In this document: piece by piece, positions 47,861-61,604 of the stretch | Numbering within the stretch: the stretch's first letter is position 1 | How the letters are laid out: every line of letters begins with the position of its first letter | Assembly: GCA_051362555.1 (NCBI GenBank) | Contig: CM120644.1 | Coordinates: 17,692,534 to 17,756,533, forward strand | DNA: 64,000 bases | DNA from: Lingula anatina | Lineage: Eukaryota > Animalia > Brachiopoda | Direction of reading: 5' to 3' | Notes under the pieces: model-generated | Database searches by the model: none | The model's input: the letters and a program-made list of their open reading frames with translations, nothing else | Told to the model about the DNA's origin: nothing | Program-made: the position numbers and the translations under genes

Positions 47861-50800
47861 ATGACAGCGGACAAATTCGCGGTAATAATCAGTTCGTTCT
47901 ATTACCATAGTCTCTACAACGGGGTGGAATACTCATCGGGTTTATACATTGTCTTATTATCGGATTACTTCAAAGCCAAAGAAGAAAGTATTGCATGGAT
48001 TTCAGCTTTACTCCTCAGCACCGTTGGATTATTTGGTAAGTCCACGAGGAACCCAACTATACGTTGCTGTGATGGCTTAGCGCCTATTCAGAAGATTATT
48101 CGCGGACTAACAGGTCTGCGGGTTAACGATACCGCTGTTCCCCTCATGGTCTCCTTCTCTTTCTAAGGTCGCATTCACAACGAGTTGAGCCAGGCTTTAC
48201 AAATCCTGGGGACTAAATATGGCGGACGTACATGAAAGAAAAACCGCCTAATCTTTTAATAGTCTCTCCGCCTCTCACACGCCTCCCCATGTGTCGTCCC
48301 AATGGAGCCGAGATTAAATGGCTGTCACCCCGCAGGGACGACGTGTGGGGAGGCGTGTGAGAGGCGGAGAGACTATTAAAAGATTAGGCGGTTTTACTTT
48401 CATGTACGTCCGCCATATTTAGTCCCCAGGATTTGTAAAGCCTGGCTCAACTCGTTGTGAATGCGATCTAAGGGTGTATTCCCAGAGATTTAGATCGACC
48501 TAGGGATTAAGATTTAGATCGACCTAACTCCCTGGGGGTTCAAGCTAAATTGCAGTCAGCCGAGCGTGCACCATAGTTAATTACCCCCTTACAGCTTTCA
48601 GTAGGCGGGACAGACGCTTAAGCCGGCTAAGCTGACAGTAATTTAGTGAGACTCCCCACAGGGATAGATCGATCTAAAATCTATGGAAATGGGGTCTAAC
48701 TCCAATGGTTTAGGAAATTACAATGTGAAGTAAGTTTTATATTATCGTCCACCCCTGGGGTAGCCTGGCCAGTTTCAGCATACCTAGTCAGAGCAAACCC
48801 ATCCCAACTTCGATTCTACCTATTTCGTACTTCAAACTGTTTCAGGGACTTAGAAAATAACCCTGGTTGCAAAATGCGTTGCAGTCGCAAAATGCGTTCA
48901 CTTGCAAAATGCGGCTCTACAGCCCTTTGCACATCTAGTAGTAGGGACCTATATTGTAGGGATATAGCTTAACGCGACCAATGTTTTCCTTCTGTAAACA
49001 ACCTGTGTCTTATTATACTTAAATGTGCGACTTGAACATTTGGCACCTTCATACTGACCCCACTGCCATGCAGTTAATTGAAATATAGCCCACTTATAGA
49101 GTGACGATGATGATGATGATGTTTTAATGATGATGATGATGATGAATTAGGTTAGTTAGAGGTTGAATAACGTGTATTGTTTTAAGTGACCGATAGATGT
49201 CACTGTAGATTGCCTTCTGCAATCGCTGTTTGTATATAAGAATAACATTATAATACGCACTTCTAAAAATGTAAAAGCATGGAATGAAATTTGTTTTGTA
49301 GGACGTTAACTCAGTAATGGAAATGTACTTTTATTGTCTTATAATAAACCTGAATAATATTTTTCCTTGTAAGTTATTTCTCTAAGAAGAAGACATCTTT
49401 TTTTTATATTTCACCGGACTATAGTTTTAAAATCGTAATAGAAGAGTCTCGTTTACTGTTAGCTATAAGTGAACTTCTACTCATTTCAGGTTTGTCAGCG
49501 GGAATTTTAGTCCCAGTACTTGGCTTCCGGCTATCGGCAGTGATTGGCTCTGTCCTAGCGTTCTTGGGGCTGGCACTCAGTAGTATGGCCCCAAGCCTAT
49601 ACTATCTTTATGTCTCCTTCGGCATCCTACAAGCCATCGGGCTCGGCTTTGTCTGTGTCGTCAGCATGGTGAGCGTCCAGCACTGCTTCGATGATAGCTC
49701 ACTCAAGGGGTTGGCACTGGGAATTGCAACTTCTGGCAGTGGCGCAGGTCTCTTCGTCCTTTCTCCGTTGATACAGTCAATGGCGTCTATGTACAGCTGG
49801 AGGATGGCAATGATCGCCACGGCGGGGTATTCTACCATTGGAATATTGCTCGGACTTTTCTTAAGATTTGAGTACAAGAATGGTAAGGCGATAACGAACG
49901 AAAACGAAAATCACAATCAGGATCCTGAATCTCTGTCCGATCTGTTTGAGCCGAAAAACCAGCATGGCAATAAGTGCTCAGGGACAGAGGACAATTCTAC
50001 GAACACCTCAAGGATAATGATCTTGTGCAATTTCCGATACCTTCGTGTCGTATCATCAACGTTGCTTTTCCAGTGGGGTAAAAATATGACCTTGGCGTTT
50101 TTGCCATCTTTTGCCAAAGAAAAAGGGATAAGTTCAGACAACGCCTCCTGGTTTCTGGTCGTCATTGGCATTTTTGTCGTCATAGGACGCATAGGAGCAA
50201 CGTGCCTTACGGATATGAAGTTTTTCTCAGCAGCAACATGGCTTGTCATATACGGACTTCTAGGTGGAATGTCGGTCGCTCTTCTTGTAGTGTTCTCGAA
50301 ATTTCTCCATCTGCTCATATTGGTTGCAGTGTTTGGGTTTTGTCAAGGTAAGATTCAAAGTAATGTCTGTCCTTCTATCTGAGCATTTTGCAGCCATCTA
50401 TATATGTTCTTTCGAGTTTGGCAAATTGAAATTCTGCGCCGGCCTCTAGATATACAGACTTGACATTTAATATGGAATATTTTAGTTTCGAAGGTGTGTG
50501 TAGGTAGAAATGCGTTCTTTTTTCAAAAAACTAAGATCTCATATAAGATATGTGAATGGAGAAGTGTGTAGTCAGGTGTGTCGCTTCCAATTAACTGAAT
50601 ACCAGGTTTGTTACGCTGCTGCATTATGTAATATGAAGTAATTTTATTGGGTAGTGCTCCTTTGGGCAGGTCAAAGCTTGGCTTTGGCAAAGCACGGTTC
50701 TGTCAGAAAAGTATCCATATGTCGGCAACTGCTGCATAGAAGAATTTGAAATTTTGCATGCAAGTGGTCGGTTTTGCAGTGTGTAAAATGAGCTATGCAG

Positions 50801-53376
50801 TGCTTTGCAAGTTTGTTAATCTGTGGCAAAATGGCGCGAAAAAGACAGACATTGCCAGACAGTTAATTGCGCCAAACGAAACGGTCCGCACAGTTTTATA
50901 GAGTAATGCCCAGACTGATGTACCTACATAGAGGCCACACCCAATGTATTAAAATCTTACCACCAGAGTATAGGACCCACTGTCTTTCAGGATATGCTGT
51001 TGCAACTAAACAAAAACCACCCAGTCCGTTCAGAATGAGGGGTAAATTGCCACCAAAACGCATTTTTCAAGGCCCTTAGCGAACACCAAACTGGTTTTAG
51101 CAGGTTAGGATACCAGACGACCTCCGAGGAACCCACTGTAAACAGCAAAACATCGTTGTATGTTTCTCTAATGAATTAGGGACCATGATCGTTTCTGGGT
51201 TGAACACTGAAACCTCGTGGCTTTCTTTATTGAGGTCAGATTTCCCCTGTACCGCTCAACTAGTCAAAACAGAGTTTACAGACATCCAGAAGAGGCCAAC
51301 GACGAAGTGTGTGCCGCCTCTAAAGTGACTTAGGTCAATAACAGCGGCAGTATTTGAAGTGGACACCACATTGGTGCCAAAACACCAATGGCAGTCATCG
51401 ACGAAAACCTGAACCAGATTAAATAAAGGAATAATCTGGGAACCACTTGACTATCATTTGATAGGGGGCACCTTAAGAACAATTTTAGGTTGTACGGTGG
51501 GATTGCCGGTTCACACAGAGCACTTTTAATAACAGATTACTTACAGAACCAAGGGAATGAACAGCTACCCTGGTCATCAAAACCGCCATATCTGAACCAC
51601 GTAGACAATATGTGGGTAGGCCATTACTCGCCAAATGAATGGCCTACATGTCCTACAACAAAACTGGGCCAAATAGGACAGATTTCGACCGATGCCTGGA
51701 ATGTTATTCCAGATTGAACTCTAAAAACATATCCCAAGGAATGCCTTGCCGCTTGAGAGCGCTGGTAGCAGCCAGAAGAGGTCAGGCGTAACAGCGACTG
51801 TTACTGTGACTAGACACTGGCATGAGGGTCCTTTGTGGAGCGTGTAACTCTTTTGCAGACAATAATTTGGAAAATATGGAGATCCAAAATATCTCATTTA
51901 ATGGTTGTCGTATGAAGTAGAAAAGGCAATGTGTTTTTGTTTGCTTCTCTGGCGAATTCCATTAATGAACTGATGTCACAATGACATCAAAGAGATAATT
52001 AAAAGTTATTAGAACACGATTTTAATCCTTATTTTCATTTATCAGTCAGTAAAATAGGAAAAAAACTGATGAAAAATGATTTGGAAAAAATATTCCATAT
52101 TAAATGTCAAGTCTGTAGTAGAATTGATACGCTTTGTTATATTAAAGTTCAAACAGTTATTGGCATCAACACAGGTGCAGTTCAGGAGAGAGGATGTGTG
52201 TGTTCATGTTGTTGTTGGCGGTGGTGATCTGTGTGTGCGTGCGCATAATACGCCAAAAGTTTAAATGTTTAGGGGGTTAATTTAAGTGCCGACCAGCTCC
52301 TCATTAGTTTTAATTTACTTTATAAGATAACCAGGGCAGCTGCCAGTATCTGTTTAAGACTTTAAAACATTCTCCACTGATTGTAATTTAGCTGAACATT
52401 GCTATTTAGAATTTCTGGAATATCCCGGGTTAATGTTGACTACTTTGAGACAAACCTTCCACTGGGATTATTTTTATTTTAATTATTATTTTTGAAACAA
52501 GGCTCAGAAAATTGACCTCTGCTGTGATGTACATAATTTTCCACCAATGGAACATCTCTTACACTTCAAAATTTTAGGGGCAAAGCTTACTATTCCGTGC
52601 TTGCTTTTGCGTGATGTAGTGGGCTTCGACCATCTACCGCATGCATTTGGCTTAATGTCACTCGCTCAGGGACTTATTGCATTAGCGACACCACTTGGGG
52701 GTAAGTGATTAAGCCTTACTGACAAAGAAGGAAGATGTTATTAAAGTTTTTATTACAGAGAAAGCCTTTCAATATGTGTAAAAGTATTATATAGACCTTC
52801 AAAGAAATCGTGATAGGGCGTGGCGTATTTATGGTCTGCGATGTACATTTTGTATAATTTACTGACTAAAATGAAGATCCAAATGAAAAATGAATAAAAA
52901 CATACGACAAACGAATGCACAGAACTGCGCCACAAGAATAGCGTTTTTCACATTTCCCAGCCTCGGTCGTCATATTTTGAATGTATCAATATTCTCATAG
53001 CATTTCAGATAATATGCTATGTATAGGGAAAGGGGTTCGTTTGTGGCGTAGAAAATTAATGCGCAAAATGTGTTTGTTGCAGCTAGCGAACCTTTTTGAC
53101 TTGTGCTTGTTGTGGTCGTCTACTTAAGTTATTAAGTATCATAACAGTGATGAAAATCAGTAAAACAGATTATTATTTCTCAGATATTTAACAACAGTGA
53201 TTACAATTATTAAATGGGACATAAATTATTGCATTTAATGAGGGTTTAGGTCTCTTTTTAAATTTTTTTTTTTACTTCCAGGTTGGTTGAAGGACCATTT
53301 TTCAACTCACCAGATCACCTTCATAGCAAGCAGCTCTATGGTGTTTTCCTCGGGACTGCTTATGTTATCATTATGA
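47861..53376 (+). CDS. MFS transporter, SLC16/monocarboxylate-transporter family, 4 exons
   Basis: Exons 47861..48035, 49490..50347, 52578..52700 and 53282..53376, GT-AG and in phase. About 12 hydrophobic spans with MCT-type motifs IAWISAL, LGFRLSAVIGSVL, LYYLYVSFGIL..IGLG, LALGIATSGSG.G, YSWR, FLPSFAKEKGIS, VIGRI, DVVG...LPHAFG and GGWLKD. Confidence 0.9.
48167..48468. mobile_element. Near-perfect fold-back Harbinger-type MITE (~134-bp arms)
   Basis: 48167-48300 is almost the exact reverse complement of 48335-48468; TAA on both sides. Confidence 0.92.
48472..48696. mobile_element. Harbinger-type MITE adjacent to the fold-back element
   Basis: Related to 4784-4998; TAA on both sides. Confidence 0.85.
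50830..51790 (+). pseudogene. Decayed Tc1-like transposase in transporter intron 2
   Basis: RRPPRNPL*TAKHR...FLIEVRFPL...RVYRHPEE...TPMAVIDENLN...SHRALLITDYLQNQGNEQLPWSSKPPYLNHVDNMW follows the Tc1 consensus (FSDESRF, HRA, WPxxSPDLNPIENxW); many stops. Confidence 0.85.
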
Positions 53377-53429
53377 TATTAACAGACAGATTGGAAAATC
53401 TAGAAATGCTGTCAATATAGCATAAAAAC

Positions 53430-53870
53430 CAAAGTCCGTATATTTGAGAGTTGTGTACTATCACGTCTTTTCTATGGTTCAGAATGCTGGCGCATGACAG
53501 GAGAAGATCTCAGGAAGCTTTCTACCTTTCACACCTTAAGCCTCAGAAAAAAATATTTAAAATATTCTGCCCAAGGACTATATCAAATGAAGGTCTGTTA
53601 AAAAAAACAACCAGGGAAGCATAAGTGAAGTCATCAGGATAAGAAGATAGAAATAGGTTGGCCATGTGCTGAGAAAATACTTAAATTCCACCACAAAAGT
53701 AGCCATGTACTGGACACCAGAGGGACACGAAAAAAAGAGGCAGACCTAAGACCACATGGAGGACTGTCGAAGCAGAGAATGCTGGGGAACCATTCACCAC
53801 CTAGCGCGTGACAGAGAGCAGTTGAAGATCTTTGTTGGTCCCCTAGTTGCCCGACGGCGTAAAAGGAGAT
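53430..53870 (+). mobile_element. RTE-clade LINE 3' fragment, decayed
   Basis: YGSECWRMTGEDLRKLSTFH...IFCPRTISNE...VGHVLRK...TTKVAMYWTPEG...RGRPKTTWR typical of the RTE ORF2 C-terminus. Confidence 0.85.
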
Positions 53871-53952
53871 AGTACTATTGGACTCATTGGACGGGCCCAT
53901 GAAGACAATGTGTAAATTGCAAAAAGCGAGCAATAGCAGCTGATGTAATAAG

Positions 53953-53956
<4 letters not shown>

Positions 53957-54032
<76 letters not shown>
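53957..54032. repeat. (TA)n microsatellite
   Basis: Direct reading. Confidence 0.95.
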
Positions 54033-54035
<3 letters not shown>

Positions 54036-54550
54036 AAATACTGATATAATAAGTTGCAATGAATGATATATTTTTTTAAAGAGGGTCAAGCATTTGTATC
54101 ATTTTTATGGTTTATGCATATAGTATCCTGTTTGCCAATACCTGTTATTTTATTTTATAGATTCATGAATTTATAGAGCCACAGAGAGTTGTCGTGTCTT
54201 TCAGATCTATCCATTTATTTAACACAAAGGAATATTTTGCCATGCATGTAAGTAATCAGGCAGAATAGTTTAATAAATTGATAAAACCAGAGAGTCACAG
54301 AGTGTCACAAAAATTCGGCGCCGAATACACTTGAGATAGGCAAAATTCAGCTCTCTCCATGTAAGTTTTTCTAAAAAAAAATGCAAAGCACTATGGGATA
54401 ACAATCAGTAAACAAGGCAGGCCAGTCCACTTATTTTAATATTTTTAATTAAAAAAAATAGATTGGGCGGGAATGGTGAGGTGGGCCGGTTCCGTCATGT
54501 GTCAGACACACATCTAAGCTTTTGCATGACACATTTATATACATGTATAA

Positions 54551-54719
54551 CAGGGGCGGGTCCAGAGATATTTTTTGACAGTCTTCCAAATTATCTTTGT
54601 TGATCCATCCTCTATTTTTGACCGTCTTCCGACAGAAAAAAATTGGATATCCATCAATATAAACTTGAAAATCTGACCGTCTTCCAGAAGACCCAGAAGA
54701 CAGCCTCAATCCGCTCCTG
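54551..54719. mobile_element. CAGGGGCGG MITE, copy 2
   Basis: Homologous to 17647-17808; TATAA duplication. Confidence 0.85.
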
Positions 54720-55166
54720 TATAATGTCGTCACCCTTTCCTGCAAACGCCGTGCGACATGCACCCTAGTCCATTTCCCCATTACTTTGTACAGGTGACAT
54801 TCGTCCCATATATTAACCCCAATACTGCGACTCACCCCAACCTATATACTTTATCATATGGGACCAATTCCCAGGACTACCATTCCTGTCACAACAGTAT
54901 TTATAGATCTTTTCCTCCGTGTCCACCAAGTTTGTTCCACACCGAAGTGAACTGTAGTCCACAAATTAACTAACTGATCCATGAGCAACAGTTCCCACCA
55001 CGCAATCTGCAGAAAACCCCCATACGAACGTGGTTTCAAACACGTTCAACGTGCATTAACACGTGGAAGAAAGAAATCTCGATTAATCAGAAAAGGAGAA
55101 AAGCCCTCAGTGAAGCAGTTGGCGACGCCGAAGTCAACGAGAGCTGTTGTAAGAGAAGTCTACAAA

Positions 55167-55341
55167 GGCCGCATTCAGAACAGAGGACTAACTAGTCCAC
55201 GGATCAAATATGGCCGACCCACTTGAATACTTCCCCACGGGGAATCTATTTAGTGTTTATTAGCGGAAAAGACGGTAAGCCTTTTAGTCGGTCGCCATAT
55301 TTGGCCCGCGGACTAGTAAGTCCGCTCTTCTGAATACAGCC
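55167..55341. mobile_element. Harbinger-type MITE
   Basis: ggccgcattcagaac...ttctgaatacagcc TIRs; related to 16257-16441. Confidence 0.75.
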
Positions 55342-56823
55342 TTAGTAGTACTAGCGACATGCAGGCAGGATCTTTTTTTTTTTAAATTGTCGATGACAAT
55401 AGCGAATAACGAATGACAAACGATTTTTTTACTATAATAACATTTATTTCAATAAATGTTAAATGTACAGTAGGCCTTCACACTAGAATGCACTCAAATG
55501 AACTGGGGTAAATAAAACTGACACCGTGAGCTTGGCGACCTAGATCTAACCCTGTGTCTAATCGATGTCTTCGTCGTGGAAGAATTGTGAACTGGGGTAT
55601 CTCGGGGAACCTTAAGGTAACATTCTCTATAATCACGGCTGAACGCCCGCTTTATTCCTCTGCATATTTTCTCATGCTTCACCCCGTCAGGTGAAGCAAA
55701 GCCCCAGTGTCCCCGATGTGGTTATTGTGCACTATGTTGTTATGATGCGATTTCATTGCTGATTTTGGCTATCACAGAATGTGTGACAACAATGATGATA
55801 ATAACATAATGGATAAAAAATTATAATGGGGGTGTCGGATTTGATCCTAAGCACTTTCCAAGTCACCTATGGGGAGAGGCTGGTAGTAGCAACAAACAAC
55901 TTTCAATATGTGACACGCAACGAATTTCTTCAGAAGCCATAGGTCATAGGAAAGAGGTCACAAAAGATGCATCATTTTTTCATTTGTACTTTATGACAAA
56001 TCATTGTCACTTAACCCGACTAAATACCTCTTTATATTTTTTTAAATTGCTTAAATTAAAGGACAACATAGTTTCGGCACATTTTTTTCGAAAATCATAC
56101 TAGCACAAATATTGCATGCAGTTGTTACATACTTACTTCCCTTTACGGATTGGAGGGAAAATACATAGGTCAAATTCATGACTAGAAATTTAAAGAAAGT
56201 GCAATTTTAAAGCTGTTTTCTGCTGCATTATTATTTCTATTTTTCATTTTATTTATTACTCTTTGCACGTGGATTCTATTTTCTCTTTGTATGAAATTGG
56301 TACTCACATTTCATAAACGGTGCAAAGTATGTACGCTCACCTCTTTCGTTCCATTGTGAGTACCTTTAAATACATCTAAATCATAAAAAAATACTTCGCG
56401 GGTCGAGGCCCCTGTCAACCTGTGTCAAGTTTCAAGTTCATCATTTTTGTCGCTTTAACAAGGAAAACGTTTATTTTTAACATGCATGGTCAGCTAACCC
56501 TATCGCCTCGTAGAACAGGGCCATTTACTTCATAGTAGATCCACAGATTTCTAACGCGATCTCTTAACCAAACCAAAGTTTCACAGTTTTTAAGTTAATT
56601 TTTAATTTTTTTTAAATCTATTTTTTTATATTTTATTTATTTATTTATTTATTGTAACCGGGACCAGGAATACCCAGCCTGCATCGCGCGGCAGTTACTT
56701 GCCCATTCTTTGGATACAGTGTATTGTGCACGTGACATGACCGCGGTAGCACTATAAATCGAATTTTTTCCCTCCCGTACTTCAAACGGTAGTGGTACGG
56801 GCAGCCAGACCGAGATGGTAAAA

Positions 56824-56919
56824 CCCGGCAAACACATAACGTTATTATAACATTACCATAACGTGGTTATAACTTTTTTGGGCAAATTTAACGTTATGGT
56901 AACGTTACGTGTTTGCTGG
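56824..56919. mobile_element. Tiny MITE with CCCxGCAAACAC termini and internal TAACGTTA repeats
   Basis: cccggcaaacacataacgtta...taacgttacgtgtttgctgg. Confidence 0.65.
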
Positions 56920-58217
56920 TAAGCTGGAGTTTGGTTTAGCCGCAGATCCAGAGCGAGAGAAGACAATATCAGCCCTCCCAACTAAAAGCTACATTTTGAG
57001 GCGTCGGCCTGATTCCTTATATTCTTTGTTTTCTTCATGTGTGTAACCGCCGAGTAGTATAAATACTAGATCATAAAACCTAGTATCTGATATGTGCTAT
57101 GATAAATTACTGAAGTGGCAACATTAACATACGAAAAGTCAATCTGTTCTTTTCGGTCTATAGATGAATGGCATGCGGTTTCATGATGATAATAATTTTA
57201 TCAAGTAGGAGACACATATCTTTCTCACTTTTAAGAGATGTCTGTCATTGGTTTAAGATATAGTAAACATATAAAATCTGAAAATAGAGATTTCGACAAT
57301 TATTTATTTATCTATTTATTTATTTTTTGTCTTGTAATTTTAGAAAGATTTATCTCTACGCTTGTTTGAAACAGCATCATCATTATCAATATTTTATTTA
57401 AATAATTAAGTTTCAGTGCTGCAATGCTAATTTACTCAAAAACATTTTGTTTACCAGTGTCGGTATTATAAAGGACCCTTTTTTGTTCAGCGTTAATAAT
57501 AATAAGTCATAATCCATCCAACAGTAAAATTTGTTATTTTCAATAACCCACATGCGATCAAAATCACTGGAAACTTTTGTATGACATTTGTTGTCGGAAA
57601 ATAACGCTTTAATAAGGGGGGTAGAAAAATGGAAATCTAAAAACGGAATTCTAAAACATTTTTTCATACAATCTGTTTATTGCTTCACTCGACAATTTGT
57701 TTCATTTTCTTTTCAAAATGAAGTGGTTTGAACAAAACAATGTCTGCGTTTTTGCCAGGATTTTCTGAAAAAAAGAAGTATTACCAAATATTACATTATC
57801 AATATATACAGTGTATGTGTAACATGATTATATCTATTACTTTGCTAAAGTCACTCACATCTATATCTCATATGCGCTTTTTAGTTTATTTAAGCAGAAT
57901 TGACATCGGCCAAATGTTAGGTGTAATATTTTAAATTAAACTGTTTATCTTAATTTTCTTGTTTTACCATTTTAGCCTAATGGCTACTCGAAGCATTCGC
58001 AGAAATCAGGATTTTGACAAAAACCCCCTTTGCTGTAAGTGATATAGCAGTGAGTCCAGCAGTCTTCCTGCACACAGGGGCCCCCTGCTTGACCGATGCT
58101 TAGCACATACTTCACCTCTCTTGTATTCGCATTTCCTTTAAAATGATTATGTAAGTTTATCCAATGAAGAATAAAAGAAGTAGACGTATAAAAGGATGCT
58201 TAACTTACTAGTCTTAA

Positions 58218-58570
58218 AGGTACACACGAACCGAGCATCGGTGGAGCGTGGATTCCCAGTAACACATGTAAACCACTTCTAGTAGATTCTTACATGACTC
58301 AAATAAATTTGACATGCCAAGGGATAAACTGAATAGATCACTCAATCAGCCATAAAAGACTTTAAGACTGCTCATTTAAATTAAACCTACTTCCTACTTT
58401 GCTGCCCCTTTGACATACAGCTTAGAATGCCAGCAGAAAAATCTGTTCAAACATAAATTTCGGGTACAATTAAACAGTGCCTTTTGGTAATTCTCTTAGT
58501 TATACTACTTGAAACTATATGCTGGCATTTGGTTGGTTTTTGTGACAAAAAATTGACTTTGTATGCATCT
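58218..58570. mobile_element. TTAA-specific (Kolobok-like) MITE, copy 2
   Basis: Homologous to 26003-26395 with TTAA on both sides. Confidence 0.8.
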
Positions 58571-58639
58571 TTAAATATTATAATCTGATGCATCTTATGC
58601 TTCGAAGATATATGGGCAGTCACTCAAATGTCATGCTTT

Positions 58640-59189
58640 ACCTGCTATACTTGCTACTTGACCGGCAAGCGGTTTCATGTTTGCTTGTCCTGAAAGTCCT
58701 GAAAATAAAAAAAAATCCAGTTTTTGTCAGTTAGATAACAGTATACGTATGCTTTTGATTGGTAAATCTTTTTAAGTAATATAAAACATTTAACTAATTT
58801 TAAATGCTCACCGCTGCCTTTAAAGTTCTTATAAAGGCTACAAGCCTATTAACTGAAAAAAATCTGTTCAGCTAAAGAAAGCCTTGTTATTACATGTAGG
58901 TCATAACTTTAGACATCCGTTTTTTAAACGTATGATCTAATATAAAGTCCATTTCAATTCCATCTTTATCTCAGTTCGAAAAAAACTGGATTGGTCACAT
59001 AATTCACTGTGGTAAAATGAGATAGGCTATAGCAAAATTAAATAATATTTCGGGAACCAAGTATAGATTTACCGTAATCATTGATTACAGAAGTGGGGCA
59101 GCCTAAAATAGGAAGGGAACAACAATATGATATCTCAGAACACTAACATCTTTTTACATCTTAATACTGAGGCCCTTTGTCGTTCAATC

Positions 59190-59225
<36 letters not shown>

Positions 59226-59612
59226 AAATAACAACAAAATATTTTTAAAAGTAAGCGTAAGGATTTAGGTTTAAAGGCCTGGGTGTGCAGGGGTCTTCTT
59301 ATACTTCACATAGAGACATTATTCGGTGGGATTAATGAAACATTTCAAAGAAAGTAGTTTTTTACTGCTTATATTATGTACTGAAGATATATATGATCAA
59401 CTATTCGAAAATTATCCTTGCCCTGCTATACCTGTTGAGTCGCCCGGAAAATCCTGAAATACGCTTTGGCCTGAACCTCCGTCTTTATGTTTATAAAAAT
59501 AAGAAAATACAGGTTTTAGTCAGTTAGGTAACAGTACATGTCCACATTACATGTACATAGGCATTTTTTTTTAATTAATAAAACGTTGAACAAAGCTCAC
59601 CGCTGCTTTAAA
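58640..59612. repeat. Diverged ~190-bp direct repeat (~58640-58825 and ~59422-59612)
   Basis: Shared cctgctatac...tcagtta(g)xtaacagta...gctcaccgctgc(c)tttaaa. Confidence 0.6.
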
Positions 59613-61604
59613 TGTTCTACATGATGCATATTGACAAAACTGGATGTTTGCTAAATGACCTATGTGTTTTTTTTTTTACTAAATTTGAAATGAATGAAAG
59701 CATTAACTTGGCATCCCATGGCTTTTCGATTAACTCCCCGAGAAATTCACAGATACTTACCGCTATAATACACTACGCTTACGATACCGTCATAATAACC
59801 ACAAAAATCTTCGCTTACAGCTGCATCATTGTTGTCATCTTCACCGGTGATGAGTCCAACAGTTAAAAATATGATCAGACAGATAGCACGTTTTTCGTTC
59901 ATTTTGAAATGGTCTATGAGGAAAGAATGAGCAGCAATTTTTAGGTGCGGTTTATATAGACCAGTCGTCCTACGCAGTTAAACAGGTGAAGCGTCTTTCC
60001 AGTGTAAACATTCCGTGGGGTTTTGGCATATGTTGGGGGATAACCATTTACCGTACTTTTTACATTTAATAATATTGGAGGTTTTTCAAGCTATATTTAT
60101 GTTTTTATTTTGTATTCTTTCTTCCCCACAAAAACGACCATTTGACATTTCAGCGGATGGAAATCTCCGAATTTTGCACTGCATCATTAAATATAATAAT
60201 TAACGAGTTTTTGTAAATATTTAAAATTATCAATAACATGTATATAATTTACCAAATTTTATCCTAGGTTATATTTGTCCATGACCCCTGGCCAGAAATG
60301 AAACAATACAAAATAGTATTGAAACAGCAGTTATATTTTTTCTGTCTCTATACACGTATAACATCTACATCATGCATGTCTTAGGGTCACAAATCCAATG
60401 ATATTGTTATTTACTTTCTGTGTCACCTGTAGATAGTATAATGTGTGCATGTTGACCAAATCAATATCAAAACGCTTTAAATGTCTTTTATTGTCCAACC
60501 ACTTATATTTAGAATGTTTACAGGCGCTTAGTCTTCCTTTAATTACAATCATAGCATATACTGAATAGAACAATTATAACTGGTTCCCTTTTAAATGTCA
60601 GTGAGTTGCTCATTCTGGTGGTTGTATCCATTAAAAGATTGCCCTTAAAAGTTCGCACCGTATTTGTCGTTTTTGAGTGGATGATTGATATGTGACAGCA
60701 AAAATAGGTTAATTAAGGACATTGTCATCCAGATACCGAAAATGAGTTTTTTTTCCCGCATTTAATTATTCAATATGCATCTATCTTTGCGCTGATTTAA
60801 AACAATAACAAAACACCCGGATATATAAGTTATCGTCGGTTATATTTCTCGTTGCAGTGTATAAGCACAGGCAACTCAAAGGTTTAATAGTGAATTTATC
60901 ACCTTTTTGTTTTGAGGTGAAATAGGAATCGTAATGGGGCGAAACCTCACCCCTGAACAAGATTTTATCACAAAGAGTGGTACAGTTGAGCATAAAACAA
61001 TCAGCTACAATCCCGTGTCGTCATTTTGGTTTAAAAGTTTTTGTCATAGAGTTATGAGCCCCTAATTACAGATTTTCATTCGCTATACCACGAGTGCTAA
61101 AAGGATGACCTCAATAAAAATAAATCGCAAACCGCAAACTACCACAGGTTATCAAAACATTATAAAAGAATAACTGAAAACAGTGGATCTTCGTGCACAT
61201 GTTACACCACAGTTTTATTATTCCGAAGGAGCGACAAATGTTGTAAATATAAAGATAAAGACATTATCTGTCCCCCCCCCCCCCCCCAATCGTAAGTTTT
61301 GTAAATCTTAATTTTTTATTTAGATCTATACTGTTACCGTGTATAGCCCATACAACCCAATGTACAGATTATCTCAATCTGTTTTAAAGCCGGTCGACAC
61401 ATTTTTGGCAGCCTTAACTCTCTACTGATAAGCAAAATTCATAAGTAAATACTGGTGTGCCTATAGGGGATCTCTGCATCACGTTTATGGTCTTTACATT
61501 AACCTTTATGAGGCAACAGTACGTGAAAACGTGGTTGACCGTGGGCGTTTCTGTGTCCACCTGTTTACCGCTTCGTTTTTTCATTTGCACTCAATTTCGT
61601 AACC

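Noticed and set aside
49608-50318. Two minus-strand ORFs
   Set aside because: Antisense to the large transporter exon
53634-54089. 151-aa ORF with YI repeats
   Set aside because: (TA)n plus antisense of the RTE fragment
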